This document shows, one piece after another, positions 1 to 8,877 of a stretch of 64,000 nt of DNA. Under the pieces are notes generated by a model. It ran no database searches, was not told the DNA's origin, and saw only the letters and a list, made by a program, of their open reading frames with translations. Made by a program: the position numbers and the translations under genes. Source of the DNA: Candidatus Latescibacterota bacterium (GTDB lineage: Bacteria; Latescibacterota; UBA2968); NCBI GenBank assembly GCA_965204745.1, contig OZ242010.1, forward strand, positions 896,001-960,000, in the 5' to 3' direction. Positions within the stretch are counted from its first letter, which is position 1. The number at the start of each line of letters is the position of its first letter.

Positions 1-785
1 GGGAGGGTTGGGATCGCCAGCCAATAGAATTTTTGGCATGCGAATTCGCGTTTGTAGGACAGATAGACTAGGGCGGCGACAGGGAGCAAAATAGCCAAGG
101 CCGAATTGTATTTTGTGGCTGAGGCAAGGCCGACGCAGATCAGACTCAAAATGAAATGGACGCGCTTTTTGCGCTGGATGAACAAAATGGAAAACAGGGC
201 GGTCAGGGCGACGAACAAGGCGACCGGCACGTCCACCGTGACCAAGCCCGAATGCGCGATATGCACCGGGATAACCGCGAGGAAAATGGCCGACACAATG
301 CCGCTCCATGCATTGCCTATCGCCTTGCCGATCAGGTAGGTGACAAAGACCGTTGCCGTGCCCATTGCAGCGGTTAAAAAGCGATTCCAAAAGTAAAAAC
401 TCGGATGGGAAGCCACCCAATGCCCAGCCGTGCCGATGTGGCCGATGTGGATGTCTTCCACGCCTTGCAACGCGCCGGTGTGAGAGAGATGGACGGCGTG
501 GAGTTTATCCACGATCAGGTTCAAGTAGAACATCAGCGAGCCGTACCTGAAAAAGTGCGGGTTGTAATCCCCGGTTTTCAACATTTTCAGTATTGTGCCA
601 GCCACGTACGGTTCGTCCCAAAAATACAAATAGGGCAAGCCGATGTTTAATCGCAGATAGCGCAGGCCAAAGGCGAGGGCGATGACCAGCGCGATGCCTA
701 CAGTGGGCACATAGACGCGAGAGTATTCCCGCATGAATGCGAGAATTTTAGGCGACTGTTTAGGGGGTATGGTTAGGTTTGACAT
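1..785 (-). CDS. GT-C fold glycosyltransferase (ArnT/PMT, GT39/GT83-like), runs off the window start
   Basis: Not in the ORF track. Manual translation from ATG 785 gives MSNLTIPP...GLPYLYFWDEP...DYNPHFFRYGSL...ATKYN, with many TM segments and the DE motif after TM1. Frame is open to position 1. Confidence 0.8.
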   Translation of the reverse strand, partial: MSNLTIPPKQSPKILAFMREYSRVYVPTVGIALVIALAFGLRYLRLNIGLPYLYFWDEPYVAGTILKMLKTGDYNPHFFRYGSLMFYLNLIVDKLHAVHLSHTGALQGVEDIHIGHIGTAGHWVASHPSFYFWNRFLTAAMGTATVFVTYLIGKAIGNAWSGIVSAIFLAVIPVHIAHSGLVTVDVPVALFVALTALFSILFIQRKKRVHFILSLICVGLASATKYNSALAILLPVAALVYLSYKREFACQKFYWLAIPTL

Positions 786-801
786 ACACGATAAAGTAAC
801 A

Positions 802-873
802 ATACCAATTTGATTTTAAGTTGTCCTTATCCTGCCACCCACCTGGGAAGGATGAGGAACAGACTTTTCGTAG
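802..873 (+). repeat. IS-end-like dispersed repeat, L-type copy
   Basis: ATACCAATTTGATTTTAAGTTGTCC is identical to 19103-19127; similarity continues to ATGAGGAACAGA. Confidence 0.7.
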
Positions 874-969
874 ATCCGAATAAAATTATTGATGTCCTAA
901 ATTATCGGTTTTCAAAATAAAAGCAATGGCAATGCCGAAGCGATGTTGGCGTTGCCCGCGGTTGGGCGG

Positions 970-1098
970 ACTGACAACTGACTACTGACCACTGTATTCT
1001 GCCAACGGCTGTTCCCCGCAGGGATTTGTTGGGCGGACTGACCACTGACCACTGACCACTGACTACTGAATCACTGACCACTGACTACTGAATCACTG
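970..1098 (+). repeat. Two short ACTGACN heptamer arrays, each preceded by TTGGGCGG
   Basis: ACTGACA/ACTGACT/ACTGACC units at 970-994 and 1037-1098. Confidence 0.9.
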
Positions 1099-1164
1099 TT
1101 GGCATTGCACAGATCGAGAAATTTTGATATTCTGCATATTGTGCTCTGTTGAGAGGAATCCCCA

Positions 1165-3876
1165 ATGCGTTCTATCATCTTTTCCATCTGCTTTTTGCCC
1201 CTGCAAGCGCTGGCGAGTTCGCCGCCGTATCACAAAATCGCCGATGTGTCACTCGCGGGGACCCTCGCCCTACAGCACTATCGCCTCGCCAATGGCCTCC
1301 AGGTTGCGATAATCGAAGACGATACGCGCCCGGTCGTAACGTGCCACCTCGCCTATCGCGTGGGATCGGCGCACGAATTGCCCGGGCAGCAGGGCATGGC
1401 GCATCTCGTCGAGCACCTCGCGATGGACCGCACATATCTCGAATCCCTCGGCCTGTTGGGCGCGCCTCACGCCAATGCCAGCACCTCGCGCGATGGCACG
1501 AAGTACTACGCCACTGTGCCCAAAGCGCGGTTGGACACGCTCATCGCCTATTTTGCACGCGACATGACGCAATTCAATATTTCGCAAAAAGAATACGACC
1601 TCGAAAAAGAGGTCGTTTTGAGCGAATGGGCGCGCAGTGCCAAAAGTGCGCGCAGGTGGCTCTACAAAAAACTCTACGCACGCATGTTCGCGGGGCATCC
1701 CTACCAGTACGATATTTTGGGGCATCCCGATACCATTCGGGCTTTCACGTTGGAACGGGCTATCGCATTTCACGAGCGGTACTACGCGCCGAACAACGCC
1801 TGCCTCGCCATTGTCGGCGACGTGAAAGCCGCGGAGATTTTGCCCGTTGTGCTGCAACATTTTGCGGGCATCCCAAAGCGCGTGGGCCGCATTCACGCCG
1901 AAGTCGATACGTCCCAAGCCGCATCCATACCGCAGGATTCCATCGGCACCACGAGCGGGCTGCATTCCAGAGTTTGGGGCGTTTGGAAAATTCCCATCGA
2001 CAGGCATTCCGACTCCCGCGCCTTGTACTTGTTTGACCAAGTCCTCTTCGAGGGCGAATATTCCCCTGCGGATCAAAAATTGGTCGGATCCGGAAAAGCC
2101 CTTTGGATCCGTTCCCATTTTTTGAGCCTGCGCGACAGAGCACTGTATTACTACATCGCCGAACTGCCTTCGGGCGCGCCTTATGAACCCGTGCGCGACG
2201 CCATGCAACAGACCATTCAAACCACAATCGACTCGCTATCAGAAGAAAATTTACTGCTGGCGCGAAACGAAGCGCGGCGAATCCTGTACCGCATGATGAT
2301 CAGCCAAACCCGGCTGGCAACCAACATTTCCAACGCCTTCATTCGCACCGATGACCCGGCCTACGGTCTCAAATGGATGCAGGGTTTCGACGGCATCACC
2401 GTAGCCGATGTTCGGCGCGTGGCAACGCGATATCTGTCGGGGCAACCGCCGCGCACCTTTGTCCTGACCGCGGTCACAGAACCGCCCTCTCGGCGCGCGT
2501 GGCTCTACGCGGGCATCGTTTGGATCATCATCGGCATCGTGGGATGCTGGTACTTGCGGCGGCACGTCCTCGCCGTCGGCGCGATGCTGATCGCCTGCAA
2601 CGCAGCAACCGCGGAAATCCCCAACCACAAAATGTACTATGTGCAAGACCTGCGCGTGCCGCAAACCGGGATTTCAATGGTGTATTTCACAGGAGGCCAC
2701 CGCCGAGAAACGCGGGACACCTGCGGCTTGACCTTTGCGTTTTACCGCCTGTATCCCCTCGCACTCCACGGGGACGACCTCAAAGAAATGGACCGGCTCG
2801 GCGCGGAGTTTTGGATCGACATTTCCGACCGCGCGGTCACTGTCGGCATCGCCACATTTAGCGAAAACTTGGATGCGGCCCTGCGACGCCTCAAAAAGAT
2901 GCTGGACAACCTCACCTTCTCAGAGGCACTGCTCGACCGGGAACGGGCGCGCATCATAGACGATTTTGAGGATCATATCGACGACCGCGAAACGACGGAG
3001 ACCTTTCGGTATCACCTGTACGAAGCCGAGGAAGACCGGCGGCGGGGCACGCGCACTGCGCTCGAAAATTTGACCGCAGAACACTTGCAGCGATTTTGGG
3101 ATCAAACCCTGCGCGCAAAGGTGCTGTATTTTAAGGTGACATCCGATCTCGGCGCAGCGGATATCGAACGCCACTTGCAGGTGATCGCGCATGGCCGCCC
3201 TCGAGATGGCTTTGCCCCGCATCCGCGCCCCAAACGCAAAACCATTGCGGGGTTGCGCGCCTTACTTTCTCCGTCTTCCCATGCGGCGGATTTTTGTCAC
3301 TGGATAACCAATGGCTTGCCACGCACAGATGCGGATTGGTTTGCACAAACCCTGTTGGTCGACGCGCTGAATCGCCTGTTGTTCACCCGGCTTCGAGAGC
3401 AAAACGGCTGGTGCTATTCGACCGGCGTGCGGATCGACACCTGGCCATCCCCACCCGTGTTGCGCTTTTGGGCCAACCCGCAAGGTGTGCATACCGCCAA
3501 ACTCATTCCCGAGATGTTTCGGCTGATCCACCACTGCTTGACCGAACCCGATTTCTGGCAACAAGTGGCGAAAAGCCGCGAAAGGCTCAAGCGCGCCTAC
3601 CATCTGCAACTCGGCCCGTTCGCGCGCCTCAATCAACAGGTGCGCTACGACCGCGATGGCGTGCCCATGCGTTCGCTCGCGGAGTTTGAATCCGCCATCG
3701 ATCAAGTGACGAAAGAAGACATCCGCCGCGTCTTCGGGCACTTCACAAACGACCGCGGCAAATTGCCGTTGCTAATGCTCTTTTACGGCAATTCCGACCG
3801 CATTCAAGACGCTTTGGAACATGAGGACATCCAACTGAAACCAACGATTTTCGGCCTCCAAACCCTGATAAAATGA
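1165..3876 (+). CDS. M16 (pitrilysin/insulinase) family zinc peptidase with signal peptide and a central TM segment
   Basis: HLVEH inverted zinc motif, NAST, YYAPNNA; second M16-like half with LREQNGWCYS. Confidence 0.85.
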   Translation: MRSIIFSICFLPLQALASSPPYHKIADVSLAGTLALQHYRLANGLQVAIIEDDTRPVVTCHLAYRVGSAHELPGQQGMAHLVEHLAMDRTYLESLGLLGAPHANASTSRDGTKYYATVPKARLDTLIAYFARDMTQFNISQKEYDLEKEVVLSEWARSAKSARRWLYKKLYARMFAGHPYQYDILGHPDTIRAFTLERAIAFHERYYAPNNACLAIVGDVKAAEILPVVLQHFAGIPKRVGRIHAEVDTSQAASIPQDSIGTTSGLHSRVWGVWKIPIDRHSDSRALYLFDQVLFEGEYSPADQKLVGSGKALWIRSHFLSLRDRALYYYIAELPSGAPYEPVRDAMQQTIQTTIDSLSEENLLLARNEARRILYRMMISQTRLATNISNAFIRTDDPAYGLKWMQGFDGITVADVRRVATRYLSGQPPRTFVLTAVTEPPSRRAWLYAGIVWIIIGIVGCWYLRRHVLAVGAMLIACNAATAEIPNHKMYYVQDLRVPQTGISMVYFTGGHRRETRDTCGLTFAFYRLYPLALHGDDLKEMDRLGAEFWIDISDRAVTVGIATFSENLDAALRRLKKMLDNLTFSEALLDRERARIIDDFEDHIDDRETTETFRYHLYEAEEDRRRGTRTALENLTAEHLQRFWDQTLRAKVLYFKVTSDLGAADIERHLQVIAHGRPRDGFAPHPRPKRKTIAGLRALLSPSSHAADFCHWITNGLPRTDADWFAQTLLVDALNRLLFTRLREQNGWCYSTGVRIDTWPSPPVLRFWANPQGVHTAKLIPEMFRLIHHCLTEPDFWQQVAKSRERLKRAYHLQLGPFARLNQQVRYDRDGVPMRSLAEFESAIDQVTKEDIRRVFGHFTNDRGKLPLLMLFYGNSDRIQDALEHEDIQLKPTIFGLQTLIK

Positions 3877-3939
3877 GTGATGCCGTGCAACCGGAGAACG
3901 ACGAGCCCTCGTCTATAGAAAAAAATCTTCGTTTATCCC

Positions 3940-3968
3940 TTGACGTTTCACTTGAACTTGGGTATGTT
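3940..3968 (+). promoter_or_regulatory. sigma70-like promoter P1
   Basis: TTGACG-17 nt-TATGTT. Confidence 0.55.
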
Positions 3969-3974
3969 TTCCAA

Positions 3975-4056
3975 ACAGCGGGTTGCCTCGCGTCTCTGTT
4001 TATTTTTCCCTCCCGATAAATAGGGCGCCTCGATGGGTGGCAACCCGCTTTTTTTT
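3975..4056 (+). ncRNA. Candidate sRNA A: long hairpin with a C/U-rich loop, ending in U8
   Basis: AGCGGGTTGCC/GGCAACCCGCT outer stem, CTCTGTTTAT/ATAAATAGGG inner stem, loop TTTTCCCTCCCG, T-run 4049-4056. Confidence 0.5.
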
Positions 4057-4057
4057 G

Positions 4058-4086
4058 TTGACATGCCCATTTTTGCGTCTTATTTT
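4058..4086 (+). promoter_or_regulatory. sigma70-like promoter P2
   Basis: TTGACA-17 nt-TATTTT directly after the sRNA A T-run. Confidence 0.55.
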
Positions 4087-4091
4087 CACCG

Positions 4092-4145
4092 CGCAATACC
4101 CAAGCCTTCAAGGGGATCGGGAGGGACCCCTTGAAGGCTTTTTTT
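4092..4145 (+). ncRNA. Candidate sRNA B: perfect 14-bp hairpin with U-tail
   Basis: AAGCCTTCAAGGGG/CCCCTTGAAGGCTT stem, loop ATCGGGAGGGA, followed by a T-run. Confidence 0.5.
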
Positions 4146-4256
4146 CAGCGCGTATCTCCACGCGATTGTCACTTGACGGAAACGCGGGCGTAACATCGCT
4201 TGGGTATTTTCGCCTGCAAATAGCGAGCGTTCATCACCAAAGAGAAAGGAGGCGAT

Positions 4257-4421
4257 ATGCGTACCGAATGCGTTGATCCGCGTTACGAATTGAATCCCAA
4301 TCAAACGCATTGGATTTACAGCGCGGATGATGTGCGGTCTTTGCTCGAATTTATCGAGCGCGGAGAAAACGACGAAGCCAAGCGCGTTTTGCAAGACCAC
4401 AAGCGGTGTCAGTCAGTTTGA
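4257..4421 (+). CDS. Small hypothetical protein, 54 aa (MRTECVDPRYELNPNQTHWIYSADDVRSLLEFIERGENDEAKRVLQDHKRCQSV)
   Basis: Strong RBS AAAGGAGG 5 nt before ATG; terminator downstream; below the ORF-track cutoff. Confidence 0.55.
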   Translation: MRTECVDPRYELNPNQTHWIYSADDVRSLLEFIERGENDEAKRVLQDHKRCQSV

Positions 4422-4467
4422 CCTGTGGCGGCGGAGAAAACGACGAAGCCAAGCGCGTTTTGCAAGA
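4360..4467 (+). repeat. 37-bp perfect direct repeat (4360-4396, 4431-4467) with a 34-bp spacer
   Basis: GCGGAGAAAACGACGAAGCCAAGCGCGTTTTGCAAGA occurs twice. Confidence 0.9.
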
Positions 4468-4533
4468 GCGAAGATTTCCGCTCGGCTGGCAGTCCAATAA
4501 GTGAGGATATGGGCAGGAAGGGCAATGCAGATC

Positions 4534-4559
4534 AACTCCCCAGCACGGGAGTTTTTTTT
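4534..4559 (+). terminator. Intrinsic terminator after the small ORF
   Basis: AACTCCC/GGGAGTT stem + T-run. Confidence 0.65.
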
Positions 4560-4563
4560 GTAC

Positions 4564-4659
4564 AAAAAAAGAGGCATTGGTCGGGAGGGAATAACCAACG
4601 CCTCAGAGGGATACAAAAAAAACGGCGCTGACTTAGCCGGGGTATAGAAGTCAACGCCG
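4564..4659 (-). ncRNA. Candidate minus-strand sRNA(s): two tandem U-tailed hairpins
   Basis: Minus strand: CGGCGTTGACTT/AAGTCAGCGCCG+T8, and GAGGCGTTGGT/ACCAATGCCTC+T7 with TCCCTCCCG in its loop. G-U pairs favour the minus strand. Confidence 0.45.
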
Positions 4660-4831
4660 ATATTGCGACTCGCTTTGTCGCATGGTCTTTTACGTCTTAT
4701 ATGCGGGGAAAGTTCCCTCGAGATGCGATTTTTTTTGCACGCAGACCTTTTGTGACTGCGCGCTTTCTTTGTTTTTCGTTCTGATATATATTGTCGCGCT
4801 TTTTGTCGTGTATTCTGCAGGAGGAGGAGCT

Positions 4832-6334
4832 ATGGCGCGTGGGCGAAAATTGGAACGCTGGGGCCTGTGGCTCGGCCCGGTGATCGGGCTGGGAGTCGCG
4901 GTTTTTGGCGACCTCGAGCCGGGCAAACCCGAAGTGACCCTGACCGCGGGGGCGGCTTGTTGGATGGCGATCTGGTGGATGACAGAGGCCGTGCCCCTCG
5001 CGGCCACCGCGCTACTGCCCGTGGTGCTCTTTCCCCTGCTGGGCATTATGAATGGGAGAGAGGTCGCGCCGCTGTATTTTAACCACATCATTTTTTTATT
5101 TGTCGGCGGCTTTATGGTCGCCTTGGCGATGCAGCGTTGGAATTTGCACCGGCGAATTGCCCTGCGTCTGCTGCTCGTTTTTGGTGGGTGTCCGCGCTGC
5201 ATCCTGACGGGATTCATGCTGGCAACCGCGTTCTTGTCCATGTGGATTTCCAACACGGCTACAACGATGATGATGGTACCGATAGCCATGGCCATCGTGG
5301 CCAAGATGGAGGAACAGCACGCGGCCTTTGGCCCGGCTGTGTTTTTGGGCGTGGCTTATGCGGCTTCCATCGGGGGGTTTGCAACGCTCGTGGGCACCCC
5401 GCCCAACTTGTCGTTTGCGCGGATTTTAGCCATCCATTTTCCCCGAGCACCCGAGATTTCGTTTGCGACTTGGTTTGCGTTCGCGTTGCCCTTGTCGTGC
5501 GCGATGCTCCTGTGCGCGTGGGGCGTGCTGTGTGTCGCGTTTGGCATCCGCGGGCGCGGCGAGGACATCGACTTGACCGCGGTGGAAATGCAATACGCCG
5601 AGTTGGGGCGAATGTCGTTTGCCGAGAAAATCGTGCTGACCGATTTCGCGTTGCTGGCATTTTTTTGGTTGTCCCGCCGCCCGGTTCAAATTGGCGATTG
5701 GACCCTGCCGGGCTGGTCTCAGCTTTTTGAATCCGCCGAGTTGATGACCGATGGCTCGGTCGCCATGGCGATGGCCTTGGTCTTGTTCGTCATTCCCGCC
5801 CGAGATGGCACGGGCACGCGCGTGATGAACTGGCAAACAGCGGGCAACTTGCCGTGGCACATCGTGTTGCTGATCGGCGGCGGATTCGCGCTGGCGAGTG
5901 GGTTCATCTCGTCCGGCTTGTCGCTTTGGTGCGCGCAACAGTTGAAAATTTTGGGCAGTGTGCATCCCCTGTTCTTGGTCGGCAGCCTGTGCGTGATGAT
6001 GACCTTTTTGACCGAACTGACCTCGAACACCGCGACTGCGGAAATGTTTCTCCCGGTCTTGGCATCGTTGGCCGTTGCGGTGAATGCCAATCCCCTGTTG
6101 CTGATGATCCCGGCGACCTTGTCGTGTTCCTGCGCGTTCATGCTACCCGTGGCGACCCCGCCCAATGCGATTGTGTTCGGCACAGACCGCGTATCCATGC
6201 GCGACATGGCCCGCACAGGCGTGGTGCTCAACTTGGTCGGAACCGTGCTGATCACCCTCGCTATAGCAACCCTGGGCCGCCTCGTGCTGGACATCGACCT
6301 CGGCATAATCCCCGACTGGGCGCAGATTCACTGA
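4832..6334 (+). CDS. DASS/SLC13 family sodium:dicarboxylate or sulfate symporter
   Basis: SNTAT motif twice, GTPPN, ATPPNA, multi-TM. Start placed at the ATG after GGAGGAG. Confidence 0.9.
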   Translation: MARGRKLERWGLWLGPVIGLGVAVFGDLEPGKPEVTLTAGAACWMAIWWMTEAVPLAATALLPVVLFPLLGIMNGREVAPLYFNHIIFLFVGGFMVALAMQRWNLHRRIALRLLLVFGGCPRCILTGFMLATAFLSMWISNTATTMMMVPIAMAIVAKMEEQHAAFGPAVFLGVAYAASIGGFATLVGTPPNLSFARILAIHFPRAPEISFATWFAFALPLSCAMLLCAWGVLCVAFGIRGRGEDIDLTAVEMQYAELGRMSFAEKIVLTDFALLAFFWLSRRPVQIGDWTLPGWSQLFESAELMTDGSVAMAMALVLFVIPARDGTGTRVMNWQTAGNLPWHIVLLIGGGFALASGFISSGLSLWCAQQLKILGSVHPLFLVGSLCVMMTFLTELTSNTATAEMFLPVLASLAVAVNANPLLLMIPATLSCSCAFMLPVATPPNAIVFGTDRVSMRDMARTGVVLNLVGTVLITLAIATLGRLVLDIDLGIIPDWAQIH

Positions 6335-6438
6335 AAAAGCAACCGCTGATGAACAGATGTCAGCATGTGCTGAAGCGATTTTATTCAGTAGCGAAAACCA
6401 CTGGATTACTTGCGTTATGACGAGGATTGGGGGCGGGG

Positions 6439-6578
6439 ACTGACCACTGACTACTGACTACTGACTACTGACTACTGACTACTGACTACTGACTACTGAC
6501 TACTGACTACTGACTACTGACTACTGACTACTGACTACTGACTACTGACTACTGACTACTGACTACTGACTACTGACT
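6439..6578 (+). repeat. Heptamer array ACTGACC + (ACTGACT)x19
   Basis: 20 units after GGGGCGGGG; ends 6 nt before ATG 6585. Confidence 0.95.
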
Positions 6579-6584
6579 ACTACC

Positions 6585-7673
6585 ATGCCATTTCTCGAAC
6601 TACAAAATCTCCAAAAAACCTATCCGGACGGCACGCGAGCGGTTCGGGGGATCGATCTGGCGGTGGATGAAGGGGAATTTATCGTTCTGCTCGGGCCTTC
6701 GGGATGCGGGAAAACGACGACCCTTCGCATGATCGCCGGGCTGGAAAATCCGACGGATGGGCAGATTGTACTCGCCAATCAAAATGTCACGCACTTGCCG
6801 CCATCCCAACGCGACATGGGATTTGTGTTTCAATTTTACGCGCTCTACCCGCACATGAGCGTGCAGAAAAACATCGCGTTTCCGCTGGAGAACATCGGCA
6901 TGGCGGCTTCGGACATCAACGCGACAGTTGATCGCGTTGCGCGGGCGTTGGGGATTGAGGGGTTGCTCGGGCAGTATCCCAGGCAACTTTCGGGTGGGGA
7001 TCAACAGCGCGTTTCCCTTGCGCGGGCGATGGTACGCACGCCGGATGTGTATTTGATGGATGAACCGCTGGGCACGCTGGACGCGGAGCATCGGTTGGAA
7101 TTGCGTGAATTTATACGCCGGCAGCAGTTGGCCCTTTCCACAACCGCGATTTACGTCACGCACGACCAAGAAGAGGCGATGAGCTTGGCGGATCGCATGG
7201 TGGTCATGGAAGGCGGGAAGATCAGGCAGACGGGTTCGCCCTCGGAAATCTACACGCAGCCCGCGGATCTGTTTGTCGCAAATTTTGTCGGTAGCCCGGG
7301 CATGAATCTCATCCGCGGACGGATCGTGCGGGATGGGGATGGATTGGCTTTTACGCGGCAGGGGGCAAACATTCATCTCCCCATCCGCAGGCGCGTCTTT
7401 CCCGGCCGGGCGATTCTGGGCATTCGTCCGGAATTTATCCGCCCCGCTGATCGGGGGGTGCCGGGCAAGGTCGTGCTGGAGGAATACATGGGGAGTCACG
7501 CTTATGTGCACGTGGATACGCCGCTGGGCGAGTTGGTGATGCACGCGCCCGGCCGTTTTGCCATAAGCGAAACCATCCGCCTGCGCTTGGATGATGACCG
7601 CATTTGTTTGTTCGATCCAGAGACGGGCGTTGGGTTGGGGGGATCCACTAAGGACGCGAAAAAGTTGTTTTGA
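6585..7673 (+). CDS. Carbohydrate ABC transporter ATP-binding subunit (MalK/UgpC-like)
   Basis: GPSGCGKT, LSGGDQQR, LMDEP, YVTHDQ, C-terminal TOBE-like region. Confidence 0.92.
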   Translation: MPFLELQNLQKTYPDGTRAVRGIDLAVDEGEFIVLLGPSGCGKTTTLRMIAGLENPTDGQIVLANQNVTHLPPSQRDMGFVFQFYALYPHMSVQKNIAFPLENIGMAASDINATVDRVARALGIEGLLGQYPRQLSGGDQQRVSLARAMVRTPDVYLMDEPLGTLDAEHRLELREFIRRQQLALSTTAIYVTHDQEEAMSLADRMVVMEGGKIRQTGSPSEIYTQPADLFVANFVGSPGMNLIRGRIVRDGDGLAFTRQGANIHLPIRRRVFPGRAILGIRPEFIRPADRGVPGKVVLEEYMGSHAYVHVDTPLGELVMHAPGRFAISETIRLRLDDDRICLFDPETGVGLGGSTKDAKKLF

Positions 7674-7771
7674 TTTTTTTGGACCTACCCCGTTGTGCGT
7701 TGCGCTTCGTTTGTGCGTACGAGGGATGGAGGCTCCCGGTTGCGCGGAGGAGCTTAGGAAGGTGAGATTGT

Positions 7772-8824
7772 ATGGGCGGGGCATTTCTCGAAATTGAAAA
7801 TCTGTCCAAAGTCTATGGCGAGACGCACGCGCTTTCGGACATTTTTTTTGCCCTGAATGCGGGGGAATTGTTGGTCGTTTTGGGGCCAACTGGCGCGGGC
7901 AAGACCACGCTGTTGCGGATCATCGCGGGCCTCGAAGTGCCGGATGCCGGGCGCGTTGTCGTGGAGGGGGTGGATATGACGCACTGCTTGCCGGCAGAAC
8001 GCGACGTGGCGCTGGTCTTTCAAAATTTTTCCCTGTATCCCAACAAGACCGTGCGCCAGAATCTCGAATTTCCACTGCTCGCGCCCGGGCGCGATCTCTC
8101 GAAAATGGAAATCGCTGACCGCATTGCCCACACCGCGGCCCTGCTCCGCATCGCGCCGCTTTTGGATCGACCCGCCACGCACTTGTCGGGCGGGGAGATG
8201 CAGCGCGTTGCCATCGGGCGCGCCATTGCGCGCCAACCCCGGCTTTTTTTGCTGGACGAACCTTTGACCAATTTGGATGCCAAGTTGCGCGAGGTGTTGC
8301 GGGTCGAGCTCATCCGCCTTCAGCGCGACTTGGGCACGCCGATGATTTACGTGACGCACGACCGGGTCGAAGCCCTTTCAATGGGGGATCGCATCGCGGT
8401 TTTGTCCGAGGGGAAAATCCTGCAAATCGGTTCGCCGGAAGAAATCTATCAACGGCCCAATTCCCCGGTCGTGGCACGGCAACTCGGGTATCCGCCCATC
8501 AATCTGATAGCGGTTCACAAACGGGACGGGCACTGGGTCACAGCGGCGAATCACGCCCTTGCGGCGGCAGAGCGAGACGCTCCTCAACGGGCGACCCTGG
8601 GCATTCGCCCGGAAAACATTTTGCCACATGGGGGCGAGATTCCAGCGGCTATCGAGGTCGTGGAAACCTTGGGCGCATCGACCATTGTGCTCGCGACTTG
8701 GGCGGACCAATCCATTCACCTGTTGATCACCGGCGCGGCACAGTGGCGAGTCGGGGATGTGATTTATCCATTCGTCGATTCAAAGCGCGTTTTGATATGG
8801 GGAGAAGCGAGAGGTGAGGAGTGA
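7772..8824 (+). CDS. Second carbohydrate ABC transporter ATP-binding subunit
   Basis: GPTGAGKT, LSGGEMQR, LLDEP, YVTHD. Confidence 0.92.
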   Translation: MGGAFLEIENLSKVYGETHALSDIFFALNAGELLVVLGPTGAGKTTLLRIIAGLEVPDAGRVVVEGVDMTHCLPAERDVALVFQNFSLYPNKTVRQNLEFPLLAPGRDLSKMEIADRIAHTAALLRIAPLLDRPATHLSGGEMQRVAIGRAIARQPRLFLLDEPLTNLDAKLREVLRVELIRLQRDLGTPMIYVTHDRVEALSMGDRIAVLSEGKILQIGSPEEIYQRPNSPVVARQLGYPPINLIAVHKRDGHWVTAANHALAAAERDAPQRATLGIRPENILPHGGEIPAAIEVVETLGASTIVLATWADQSIHLLITGAAQWRVGDVIYPFVDSKRVLIWGEARGEE

Positions 8825-8877
8825 AAAACAAAAAGCAACCACAGATGAACGCAGATAAAAGGCAAAGGCAACACCCT

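Noticed and set aside
106-650. Short plus-strand ORFs at the window start
   Set aside because: Antisense to the minus-strand glycosyltransferase.
4360-4467. Mini-CRISPR (37-bp repeats, 34-bp spacer)
   Set aside because: Only two copies, the first inside an ORF; no typical CRISPR repeat ends and no cas genes.
4682-4831. N-terminal extensions in the ORF track (DASS, glgP, uxaA-like, ftsY, obgE, rpn)
   Set aside because: They run through repeats or promoters; downstream starts fit the RBS or family N-termini better.
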